From Spirochaetota bacterium (GTDB taxonomy: Bacteria; Spirochaetota; UBA4802; JAFGJZ01), in NCBI GenBank assembly GCA_027858855.1, contig JAQIBV010000038.1:31966-95965 (forward strand): a stretch of 64,000 bases of DNA. The letters run 5' to 3'. Both the position numbers and the translations under genes were made by a program. Under the pieces are notes generated by a model that did not search any database, was not told the DNA's origin, and worked only from the letters and a program-made list of their open reading frames with translations. Shown piece after piece: positions 1 through 8,714 of this stretch. Numbering within the stretch: position 1 is the first letter of the stretch; the number at the start of each line of letters is the position of its first letter.

Positions 1-2
1 CC

Positions 3-1214
3 TTGCTTGGTGGAACACGAGCATTGATTATGGGCGCAAGAACTAATAGTGGCCTTCGTTCAAAATCATGTGTAACAAAAGGTCGCGAGCTGCTACGTAT
101 GGCCTACCGTACTGCAACACCTCAAATTCTAATTTACGGAGACAACTGGATCCGTCGCTCGACATCGGGCACACATCTGCGAGCCTATTATGATTTCATG
201 AACGAGCTGACAAGCCGAAGTTCGCATCGTATTCATATTGTTACATCAGTCGCGGCTCTTCAGAATTTTGAGGTAACATCTTGTGCCGATGCAGTAATAT
301 TCGTTAAGAAAGAGGCTCTTTCTGCGTTGGATGAGAAATTTGCTTCGCAAAATGCTTCATTCGTTGTTGAGAATATGGAAGAGGCCTTCGATGTTTCTGC
401 ACGGATACTGACTCTTCTTGAAAACAGAAAAACTGATGCCGGCAAACCGGGTAGTGGAAAGATCACAGTGCCTGACGACAAGGGAACGCCGTTTGATATT
501 ATCGATTCGGTTATTACGCCAGCATTTGATGATGCAAGCTTTGTAGAGTTTTATGCTCCGTTTAACCAGCCGAGTGGCCCGAATCTTGTAACCGGTTTGG
601 CTCGCATTGATGGTGAAACTGTCGGTATTATTGCCGATCAGCCTAAGATTAAGGGCGGAGGAGCCGATGCATTGGGAACTGAAAAGTTCCGGGTTTTTAC
701 ACGGTTCCTGAATAGTAAAGGTATTCCGCTTGTAATGCTTTCGAACTCATCCGGTTTTGTTCCTGGCTCACAGCAGGAGCGTTACAGAATACAGGCTATC
801 GGTGCCGACTCACTTGACGAGAATGTTCTGGGTGAGATTCCGGTTGTATCAGTTGTTCTTAATCAGAATTATGGCGGTCGTCAGATTCATGCGTTTAGTA
901 AGTCGCTACGTCCGGGAATCTATTATACGGCACGTCATAATGCGACCCTTGCGGTAATGGGAGCCACGGCGGCCTATGATCTGCTTGGTGCCAAGCATTA
1001 CAACAGGTTTGTAGCAGAAGGTAAGCAGGCCGAGGCAGATGCCTATCAGAAGAAGTTTATGGATGATTATCTGACTAAGGCGATGGCCGAAAATGACGCA
1101 ACTGAAACTGGTGTAGTTGACTCTGTTTTCAAAGATGTTTCGGGATTACGTTCACACATTGCCGAATCACTTATAAAGGCGAAAAGCGAGTGTGAAACAG
1201 CGTTCAAAAATTAG
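3..1214 (+). CDS. Acyl-CoA carboxylase carboxyltransferase domain protein, C-terminal part (5' end outside window)
   Basis: LVTGLARIDGETVGIIADQP, IPLVMLSNSSGFVPGSQQE, YGG and AVMGA motifs of biotin-dependent carboxyltransferase beta subunits. Confidence 0.85.
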   Translation: MLGGTRALIMGARTNSGLRSKSCVTKGRELLRMAYRTATPQILIYGDNWIRRSTSGTHLRAYYDFMNELTSRSSHRIHIVTSVAALQNFEVTSCADAVIFVKKEALSALDEKFASQNASFVVENMEEAFDVSARILTLLENRKTDAGKPGSGKITVPDDKGTPFDIIDSVITPAFDDASFVEFYAPFNQPSGPNLVTGLARIDGETVGIIADQPKIKGGGADALGTEKFRVFTRFLNSKGIPLVMLSNSSGFVPGSQQERYRIQAIGADSLDENVLGEIPVVSVVLNQNYGGRQIHAFSKSLRPGIYYTARHNATLAVMGATAAYDLLGAKHYNRFVAEGKQAEADAYQKKFMDDYLTKAMAENDATETGVVDSVFKDVSGLRSHIAESLIKAKSECETAFKN

Positions 1215-1218
1215 ATAA

Positions 1219-1502
1219 TTTGAATGTGAAATTATTTTGTTCCCCGCCTTCGGCGGTGGAACAAACAGATTTGTAAAACAGCTTTAATTAAATAGTTTGA
1301 ACCTGAAATTCTTTTGTTAGCCGCCTTCGGCGGTGGAACAAACAGATTTGTAAAACAGCTTTTATATTAAATAGTTTGAATTTGAAATTCTTTTGTTCGT
1401 CGCCTTCGGCGGTGGAACAAATAGATCAGTAAAACAGCTTTTATATTAAATAGATTGAACGTGAAATTATTTTGTTCCTCGCCTTCGGCGGAAGGGAGCA
1501 AA
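1219..1502. repeat. Tandem array of about 3.6 units (77-79 bp), each with a REP-like hairpin TTTGTT..(C/T)CGCCTTCGGCGG..GGAACAAA
   Basis: Core (C/T)CGCCTTCGGCGG at 1244, 1321, 1400 and 1479; linkers nearly identical (GTAAAACAGCTTT..ATTAAATAG.TTGAA..TGAAATT). Confidence 0.9.
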
Positions 1503-1593
1503 TTATCAAGTTGCTCTTGTTGCAAGCTTAACTAATCAAGACTTTAATATGGTGCCTGACTGATTAAAAAGCATGAAATTTTGGAAGTTCCCG

Positions 1594-2769
1594 TTATAGT
1601 TCCGTATTACCATTGGTCAGATGATCCAGCAGAATTGTACCGCGTAACAGTGTCTCTTTACCCAGCTGAGGTATGGAAAAAATACGTGCGAGAGTGTGGC
1701 AGGCTGCTCCGAATGCTATAGCGTTTTGTCCGAAGGGTGAAAAATTGACAATGATCTTTTTTTCTTCAAGGTTGCTGTAAACCCAGTTCGCAGCAACAGC
1801 TTTTGATAAGGAAGATTGAACTTCCTCTTTGTAATCTACAAAATCGCCTGCAATGACGATTTTGTTAAAATTGCATATGTTAATGATCAAGGCGATGTTT
1901 TTTGCAAGTTCAGTGAAAACCATTTTCAGTGCTTCCGGTTTCTCTTTTATATTGCTGGTCAGTTTGTTCGTTACAGAAAACTGGGTAATCAGACCTGGTT
2001 TCCAGTCAACGCTTCGAAACTCACCCGCGGTAAAGTTTTCACCGTAATAGACTTCACCGTTTATGACCATACCAACACCAACTGCGATTCCTGGCTCACG
2101 GAGTCCATACAGGTCGGTGCTGCGAAATTCCCCCATAATAGAAAGAAAATTGTTTTCATCACTCTCTTTCCGGTGAATCAGTTCGGCCCAGCAGCAGCAG
2201 TTGGCATCATTTTCGATTAAAACAGGTATTCCCAGCCGTTTCTGAAGTGAACTGGCCAGTTTTTCGGGAGTGTTAATCTTCATCGGGTTTGACATGATGA
2301 CTGTACCAGAAAAGGGGTCAACAATTCCCGGTATACCTACGCCTACCATCAGAATCCTTTTGTTCATTTCAGTTGCTGTTTCACGTAACGAGGTGCATAT
2401 TTTATGAATAATATCACTGATAGACTCTTTATCAGGCTCGAAGAAGAATGTATCAGAGTAGACAATGGATCCATTGATGTCGGTAAGAACAGCACAGCAG
2501 CTCTCTGTTTTGACTTCGATGCCAAGAACAAGTCCAATGTCTGTGTTGACAGTAAGTCCTACAGGTTTACGCCCCACGACTTCACGGCTGGTTTTTTTGA
2601 TGCTGTTGACCCAGCCCTTTTCGTCTAGGTTCTTCATTATTTTGGTAATTGTTGAACGATCCAGTTTCAGCTGTTCGGCTATTTCAATACGGCTGATACC
2701 TGGGAATTGCCAGATCTGCCTGATGATACGGGAGGAGTTAATTATATTAAGTTTTGCTATATCTGCCAT
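1594..2769 (-). CDS. ROK family transcriptional regulator (XylR/NagC-like)
   Basis: N-terminal HTH ISRIEIAEQLKLDRSTITKI; GRKP; GVGIPGIVD; IENDANCCCWAE; GVGMVINGEVYYG..AGEF. Confidence 0.9.
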   Translation of the reverse strand: MADIAKLNIINSSRIIRQIWQFPGISRIEIAEQLKLDRSTITKIMKNLDEKGWVNSIKKTSREVVGRKPVGLTVNTDIGLVLGIEVKTESCCAVLTDINGSIVYSDTFFFEPDKESISDIIHKICTSLRETATEMNKRILMVGVGIPGIVDPFSGTVIMSNPMKINTPEKLASSLQKRLGIPVLIENDANCCCWAELIHRKESDENNFLSIMGEFRSTDLYGLREPGIAVGVGMVINGEVYYGENFTAGEFRSVDWKPGLITQFSVTNKLTSNIKEKPEALKMVFTELAKNIALIINICNFNKIVIAGDFVDYKEEVQSSLSKAVAANWVYSNLEEKKIIVNFSPFGQNAIAFGAACHTLARIFSIPQLGKETLLRGTILLDHLTNGNTEL

Positions 2770-3236
2770 AAACCAATATGGGAATAGAGAAACAAAAAGT
2801 CAATATAATCACAGTAAAATAATATGGAATGTCCTGTTTGTATTGTTGCACATCATTGGTTTGTATGGTCGATCTCTCTGAATCTGACGGTCCAGCATTG
2901 AACGGGCATTGTCGATTAGGTGCATTTATGTTTGAACCCACAGCAAATCAAATCCATACGTTTTCAACACAGGCAAATGAACCTCCAAATACAGATTTGT
3001 TCGTTAACGGTGAGGTATTTATAAACTTTTCTTCAGTTAATTATATGAAAACCTTTGTTGTTTTTTACCAGGTTTTGTGCTACACTTGTTATATAGTCTT
3101 AATGAGAGGCTTCGGAAAAAAACCATTTAAAGAGATAATTAATAATTATAACTTAAATTAAAAGTAGTTTTGAAAAGGAGTCTTTATAAAAACCCGATTT
3201 TTTGTAAGTATTTAAGTTATTAATCAGGAGAAAATC

Positions 3237-4403
3237 ATGTCTATCAATTTTAAAATGACTGCTCTGATCTTGTTGTTTTCATTAATCTTGTTCGGTTGTT
3301 CCGGGACTGATAAGAAAAAAACGGATAATGTTCTACCCGAAGAATACTATACCGATATGTTCGACTGGAACAGCCATCATGGACTTGATGATACAATTCT
3401 TGGTCGTGGTATTAATCTGGGAAATTTTCTGGAAGCTCCCCGTGGCGGCTCGGATGATGGAGAGGGTGCATGGACAGGCGGGCGTAAGCTTGAACGTGAA
3501 GATATTACCCGCATTGCAGATGCTGGTTTCGCGCACATTCGTATCCCTTGTCGCTGGACCGATTATATGTCTGCAACCAGACCCTACGATCTAATTGATG
3601 TTAACGGCTATAGCCGCTTGAACCGTGTCAAAGAAATTATTGGCTGGGCTATGGCGGATGGCCTTAAGGTTGTTATAAACACTCATCACTATAACGAGAT
3701 GTTTTATCTTGAGGGAAGCCTCTCTCTTGCTGATCACAAGGATCGTCTGGATGCTCTTTGGAATCGTCTTTCAAAGGAGTTTCCGCTTGCCGATTATCCT
3801 TCAGATAAACTGATTTTTGAATTTCTTAACGAACCACATGAAAATATCGGATATGATGACTGGAATGGGATGATTGAAAGTTTGACAGAAGTAATTTGGC
3901 AGGATAATGCAGTATATCAGACCGATGGTGATAAAAAACGAGTGATAATGATAGGAACAGCAAACTGGGGGGGGGTGCCAGGACTTTATAAACTCGAACT
4001 GCCTGATACAATTACTCCTCAGAATACGATTATCACGGTTCATTACTATGAACCCTTTCATTTTACACATCAGGGTGCAGAGTGGAGTGAGGGCGCTGAT
4101 GCATGGATAGGTACACGCTGGTTGGGTACAGAAAGCGATCGTAAACCGCTTATTGATCTTTTTACTGATATAGAAAAATGGAATACGAAAGGTTTTGAGA
4201 TTTATGTCGGTGAATTTGGTGTTTATTCAAAATATGCAGATAAGAATGATCAGAAAGCCTGGACTGCATTTATCTGCCGTGAGTCGGAGCGTCGCAAATA
4301 CTCCTGGGCTTATTGGGAATACGCCGCAGGCTTCGGAGCCTACGATCCTCTTAATAATTCCTGGCGTTCTTGGCTCAAGGATGCACTAATACCAAAGAAA
4401 TAA
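3237..4403 (+). CDS. Glycoside hydrolase family 5 (endoglucanase-like) lipoprotein
   Basis: Lipobox LFGC; RGINLGNFLE; HIRIP; catalytic FEFLNEP and YVGEFG; VHYYEPFHFTHQGA; WAYWEY. Confidence 0.9.
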   Translation: MSINFKMTALILLFSLILFGCSGTDKKKTDNVLPEEYYTDMFDWNSHHGLDDTILGRGINLGNFLEAPRGGSDDGEGAWTGGRKLEREDITRIADAGFAHIRIPCRWTDYMSATRPYDLIDVNGYSRLNRVKEIIGWAMADGLKVVINTHHYNEMFYLEGSLSLADHKDRLDALWNRLSKEFPLADYPSDKLIFEFLNEPHENIGYDDWNGMIESLTEVIWQDNAVYQTDGDKKRVIMIGTANWGGVPGLYKLELPDTITPQNTIITVHYYEPFHFTHQGAEWSEGADAWIGTRWLGTESDRKPLIDLFTDIEKWNTKGFEIYVGEFGVYSKYADKNDQKAWTAFICRESERRKYSWAYWEYAAGFGAYDPLNNSWRSWLKDALIPKK

Positions 4404-4471
4404 TTTGGCAGGCCCGTATAGGGCGGACGTACAGGCAGCCTTATACGGCAGCCTGTACAGGCTTGCTCTAT

Positions 4472-4595
4472 AAACGGGGACGGTGACGATAAACGGGGAC
4501 GGTGGTGTTTTCGCAGCTGAAAATGCAGCTGAAAATGGGGACGATGGAGCTGGAAAAAATGATTTTAGTAGATTTTAATCACTCCGTCCCTAATT
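4472..4595. repeat. Cluster of REP-like GGGGACGG motifs
   Basis: AAACGGGGACGGTG at 4472 and 4491, AAATGGGGACGATGG at 4533, inverted CACTCCGTCCC at 4580; 12-bp tandem GCAGCTGAAAAT at 4513-4536. Confidence 0.65.
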
Positions 4596-4737
4596 ACAGG
4601 CAGTTTTGACTTTGATCGAAGAAAGATACTTTCACCAATGGCGTTCGGCAGAGAGCCATTACAATACCTCTTCGCGACTTCGCATGACCTCCGTCCCCTC
4701 TTTATCGATGGTGGAAATGGCTGAATATTCACCATGA

Positions 4738-4757
4738 AGACGCCCAACTGGGCGTCT
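4738..4757 (-). terminator. GC-rich hairpin downstream of creD, possible terminator
   Basis: AGACGCCCA-AC-TGGGCGTCT inverted repeat 46 bp past the creD stop; U-tract is weak. Confidence 0.4.
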
Positions 4758-4802
4758 CTGGGAAATCCCCCCCACTTGTCACCAGTGAGAAGTACTCTGT
4801 TA

Positions 4803-5990
4803 TTACAGTGCCTCCTGTTGGGCGTACCAGTCGATGTTTCGGGTAAAAAACATTGTTGCGGCAAGTAGTGTCAATACTCCAACAGAACCGACAAGCAGTG
4901 TAAATTGTTGCATCTGAATAAGCACAAACAGAAACGAATAGAGAACTGTTAAAAATAGTGCCATCAATAGCGCCCGTGTCTTCTGGTTAAGAACTGAGCG
5001 GCAGTAGAGCGACACAAGCATTACAACCGCGGCGGAGGCTGTAAGATAAGCTAATCCGAATCTGATATGCTCTGACAGAGCAAGTAAAAGCATGTAAAAA
5101 ACTGTAAGTGCTGCGCCGACAAGAAGGTACTGAAACGGATGAATATTCAAAGCATAGATATGCTCAAAAACAAAAAAGAGTGCAAATGTTAACAAAATAA
5201 ACAGTAATGCATATTTTAATACACGATCAGTCTGCTGATATATGCTTGTAGGAACAAAGAGAGAGACACCAAAGGCTTCTTCATCGGATTCGTTAATGCT
5301 GACATCCTTAAGCAGTAGAACCTCTGAAGTGGATATCCACTCCGAAGAGAACCAGGTTTTGGTTATCTCCCTTTTGAGTGGTAGTTTGCCAGTAAAGTTG
5401 GGGTCGCCCCAGTCGGCAGATAATTTGACTTTTGTGTTTTCGGCCTGATCAACAAAGTTTATTGCTTCGCTACCGCGTATCTTAAAGCTGGCAGAAACTG
5501 ATTTAATTGTGCTTTTAGGATTAAGAGTAATGATTTCATAACTGTATCGTGTGCGATTGGTTGAGATGGCTTTGTTCTTGATGCTAGTAGTTTTGTCATT
5601 TATTTTTACCTGGTTTATCTCGACATTGCCATAATGTAAGACATTAAAATTAATCGTGCTCTCTTTTCCTGAGATTGCGCTGGTTTCAAATTCGGCATTA
5701 ATTGTAAGTTCAATATTGTAACAGGGAACTTTAAAAATACCTTTTCGTCTGATTTCGGTTTTCATTTCACATTGAATATCTGCTGATTTAGCAGTGATTA
5801 TCTCTTTACCTGAAACGATAAAAACACCACCAAAGGTGACCGGGCTTCCCCATCTGTTGCTTATCTCGTCATAAACATCTTCCTGCCGCTCTTTGCGCTC
5901 GTCCACCATCGATTTTACAATCTGAATTGGGATTAGAAGTCCCAGAATCAGCCCCAAAATGATAAATGGTTTCATAACCTGATTTTTCAT
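4803..5990 (-). CDS. creD: Cell envelope integrity inner membrane protein CreD
   Basis: LLIPI..V..MVDERKERQ..EISNRWG; ADWGDPNFTGKLP; YQQTDRVLKYALLFI; IHPFQYLLVGAAL..FYMLLLALSEHI; MFFTRNIDWY; next to creC and creB. Confidence 0.92.
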   Translation of the reverse strand: MKNQVMKPFIILGLILGLLIPIQIVKSMVDERKERQEDVYDEISNRWGSPVTFGGVFIVSGKEIITAKSADIQCEMKTEIRRKGIFKVPCYNIELTINAEFETSAISGKESTINFNVLHYGNVEINQVKINDKTTSIKNKAISTNRTRYSYEIITLNPKSTIKSVSASFKIRGSEAINFVDQAENTKVKLSADWGDPNFTGKLPLKREITKTWFSSEWISTSEVLLLKDVSINESDEEAFGVSLFVPTSIYQQTDRVLKYALLFILLTFALFFVFEHIYALNIHPFQYLLVGAALTVFYMLLLALSEHIRFGLAYLTASAAVVMLVSLYCRSVLNQKTRALLMALFLTVLYSFLFVLIQMQQFTLLVGSVGVLTLLAATMFFTRNIDWYAQQEAL

Positions 5991-6067
5991 AAGTATCCTC
6001 CATATAATTAGTGAGCGAATCCTCTTGGATAACTGATCCGCTTATCTATTTAATCTGAGGGGTGATA

Positions 6068-6094
6068 GTGAAAAGAGTATGAAAGCTGTGTGAA
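6068..6094 (-). promoter_or_regulatory. cre-tag-like CreB binding site upstream of creD
   Basis: Minus strand reads TTCAC-acagct-TTCAT-actctt-TTCAC: three half-sites at 11-bp spacing matching TTCACnnnnnnTTCAC. Confidence 0.75.
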
Positions 6095-6306
6095 GTGAAG
6101 AAGAAACCATAAAAAAGTGTTAGTATGTTTGCAGCCTGTGCTGGTTGCAAGTTGGCTCTTGCTGCGCGGGCATGCAAACTGGCCGAAATTTCAAATATTA
6201 GAGATTCTTAGCAATCGTTTCCTCTCTAATTTTGTTAGAGAGGAAACGATTGCTAAGACGTATTACAATGTAAAAAGTAAAAACATTATGGGAAGGGTTA
6301 TAAAAA

Positions 6307-7737
6307 TCAGCTGATGTTAATGGGGATAGTGAGTGTGGCGAGAACTCCATCGTCAGTGCAGTTCTCAATTTTTATTGAGCCCTTATGGAGGGCCGCACAC
6401 TCTTTTACAAAAGCGAGGCCAAGCCCTGTGCCTTTGTTTTTATTTTGAGCCGATGATAGTGAGTAAAATTTTTCAAAAAGACGGTCCAGAGCATAATCTG
6501 GAATCCCACTGCCGTGATCACGAACTGTAAAGAGTATATGGTTGCCAATTATCTCACAATTGATATTTACAGTTGAGTCGGTAGGAGAGTTTTTTAACGC
6601 GTTATCTGCAAGATTAAGCAGTGCATGCCTGATTAAAAAATATTCACCTATGAAAATAATTTCGGAAGTTGCGGTATTGATTAAATTGACTTTTAGATGT
6701 TCCGCCTGTGGGGAGAGCGAAGTAATTATGTCGTTGATTAATTCATCTGGACAGAGCTGTTCCGTTTTTTGTAATCCGCTGCGGTTTTCGAGAGAAGCGA
6801 GTAGTAGCATTTTTTCTATAAGTGACTGTATGCGGGAGCTCTCCCTCAATATATTTTGTATAAATTTCTGTTTTTGACCTTCATCCATATTTTCTGTTAG
6901 TAACTCGGCTGCGCTTTTTATTGAAGTTAATGGTGATTTGATTTCGTGTGCAAGTGTATTGACATAAGATTCTATATATTTTTTTCCGTCCAGTTCGCGA
7001 AAGACCTGTTCAAAGGTAGATGCAAGTGTTCGAATTTCACTTCCTGAAAACATTGGAGCTTTTGAATGCCGGTTATGGCCAAGAGAATTTACATAAAGGG
7101 TAAGCCTTTTGATAGGCAGAGTTACCCAGAATGATAGAAGAATACTCATCGCTACAAAGGTGGCAAAACTTACGATGCCAAGCATAAGTACTTTCTTTTG
7201 AGCAAGACGGATAAAACCGATTATACTCTGTTTAGGTTTCTCGACAGTTACAGTTCCGATTATGGTCCCTTCATATTTAAGCGGAGCAGATACATATAGA
7301 AGCCCTTCGGTTCCCGGAGTTGTCGAGGTCGAACGCGCACCGTATTTTCCCTGAAGCGCAAGGTACACATCATTCCATTGTGAATAATCACGTTCGGTGC
7401 GTTTTCCCTTATCCGAGTCAAAGATAACGCGCCCAGTCCTGTCACAGATATAAAACTGCAGATCGACTTCTGTTTTGCGGTGAGAATATATTTTAGCCTT
7501 AAATCGGCGCCTGTAAATATTTAATGATAGATCCCTGACGCTATCAAGGCTGATACCGTTTTCATCGGCGTTGTTTTCAAGATAGGCAGCCAGAATATTT
7601 ACAGTATCATTCATGGACTCTTCGGCAGTCTCAAAATAGCGTGGTCGGATATCGTTATAGATAGAGTCAAAGATATAGTAAAACCCAAGCCCTGCAATGA
7701 TCGAAAAGGTAATAACAAGACGGAGTTTTATGTTCAT
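6307..7737 (-). CDS. creC: Two-component sensor histidine kinase CreC
   Basis: DYSQWNDVYLALQGKYGARST, LYVSAPL, VTVEKP, LDGKKYIESYVNTLAHEIKSPL, GIPDYALDRLFEKFYSL, GTGLGL. Confidence 0.92.
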   Translation of the reverse strand: MNIKLRLVITFSIIAGLGFYYIFDSIYNDIRPRYFETAEESMNDTVNILAAYLENNADENGISLDSVRDLSLNIYRRRFKAKIYSHRKTEVDLQFYICDRTGRVIFDSDKGKRTERDYSQWNDVYLALQGKYGARSTSTTPGTEGLLYVSAPLKYEGTIIGTVTVEKPKQSIIGFIRLAQKKVLMLGIVSFATFVAMSILLSFWVTLPIKRLTLYVNSLGHNRHSKAPMFSGSEIRTLASTFEQVFRELDGKKYIESYVNTLAHEIKSPLTSIKSAAELLTENMDEGQKQKFIQNILRESSRIQSLIEKMLLLASLENRSGLQKTEQLCPDELINDIITSLSPQAEHLKVNLINTATSEIIFIGEYFLIRHALLNLADNALKNSPTDSTVNINCEIIGNHILFTVRDHGSGIPDYALDRLFEKFYSLSSAQNKNKGTGLGLAFVKECAALHKGSIKIENCTDDGVLATLTIPINIS

Positions 7738-8414
7738 AATCCCTCTTTCAGGGAATAGCCGATACCCCGGTGAGTTTCGATCGGATCGATGTCGGGGCGA
7801 ACTTCTTTAAGTTTGGCGCGGAGCATTTTTATATGGGCATCAACAGTGCGGTCAAAGCTGTCATCCGGTTCGAGCCAGACTAGATCCATGATCTTTTGCC
7901 GGTTAAAAATCCAGCCTGGGCGATTAGCCAACAGAGACAGTATGTCAAATTCATAACGTGATAGCTGAAGTTTTTGCCCAAAATAGAGTATCTGTCTTTT
8001 ATTTGTATCAATTTGAAATGGGCAACTGCTGTTTTTTTCGGGAGCGTTGCTACGTCGCAGTATAGCTTTTATGCGAGCACTCACTTCTCTGGGGCTAAAC
8101 GGTTTAGAAACATAATCATCTGCTCCAAGCTCAAGACCCAGAATTCGGTCAATCTCTTCGGCGCGTGCAGTAAGGCACAATACCGGAAGTTGCGAGCCGG
8201 AGCGAATCTGTTTGAGTACCTCAAATCCGTTGATATCGGGCAATCCGATATCAAGAACAACAAAGTCGCACTGTTTATCGCGGATAATCGAAAGCCCCTC
8301 GTTGCCGGTTTGTACCCATACAGTGTCAAAACCTTCAGTCCTAAGAACATACTCCAGAGAATCGGCGATGCCCGGTTCGTCCTCAATAATCAAAACCCGT
8401 TTTTTGTTTTCCAT
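7734..8414 (-). CDS. creB: OmpR-family response regulator CreB
   Basis: REC domain (IIEDE, LDIGLPD, KPFSPRE) plus winged helix (DRTVDAHIK, IETHRGIGY); ATGA-type overlap with creC. Confidence 0.88.
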   Translation of the reverse strand: MENKKRVLIIEDEPGIADSLEYVLRTEGFDTVWVQTGNEGLSIIRDKQCDFVVLDIGLPDINGFEVLKQIRSGSQLPVLCLTARAEEIDRILGLELGADDYVSKPFSPREVSARIKAILRRSNAPEKNSSCPFQIDTNKRQILYFGQKLQLSRYEFDILSLLANRPGWIFNRQKIMDLVWLEPDDSFDRTVDAHIKMLRAKLKEVRPDIDPIETHRGIGYSLKEGL

Positions 8415-8459
8415 AATCGCATAATCTGCCTTGTAACCAAAAAATGTCTATGATTTTTT

Positions 8460-8476
8460 CACCACCGTCCCCGTTT
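8460..8476. repeat. Inverted copy of the 17-bp motif at 4491-4507
   Basis: CACCACCGTCCCCGTTT is the exact reverse complement of AAACGGGGACGGTGGTG. Confidence 0.8.
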
Positions 8477-8714
8477 GTAACAGAGCCCTGCCGAAACATT
8501 TACCGAAATGACACCAAACGTGGCACTTCTCCGAGCGCCTCTACGTTGCGTCTTCGCATGATGCACCTACGCATGACTTTTTTGTTTCTGAATTATAAAT
8601 CAGAAACTAATGCCTGTTGTTGATCTATAATCCTGCAAGATTACTCCTCTAAAATAGTGTAGTCTCTTATCAAACAGGGCGGCGCTTTGCCCTATTGAAA
8701 TAGGAGATATTAAA

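Noticed and set aside
1219-1502. Possible CRISPR array
   Set aside because: The sequences between the palindromic cores are near-identical rather than unique spacers, and there are no cas genes in the window.
2465-3161. ORFs and a possible ROK operator between the ROK and GH5 genes
   Set aside because: The ORFs look non-coding or overlap the ROK gene, and I found no convincing dyad for an operator.
4565-4864. 99-aa ORF or transposase remnant next to the GGGGACGG motifs
   Set aside because: No HUH or tyrosine-transposase motif in the frames examined; it overlaps the creD 3' end.
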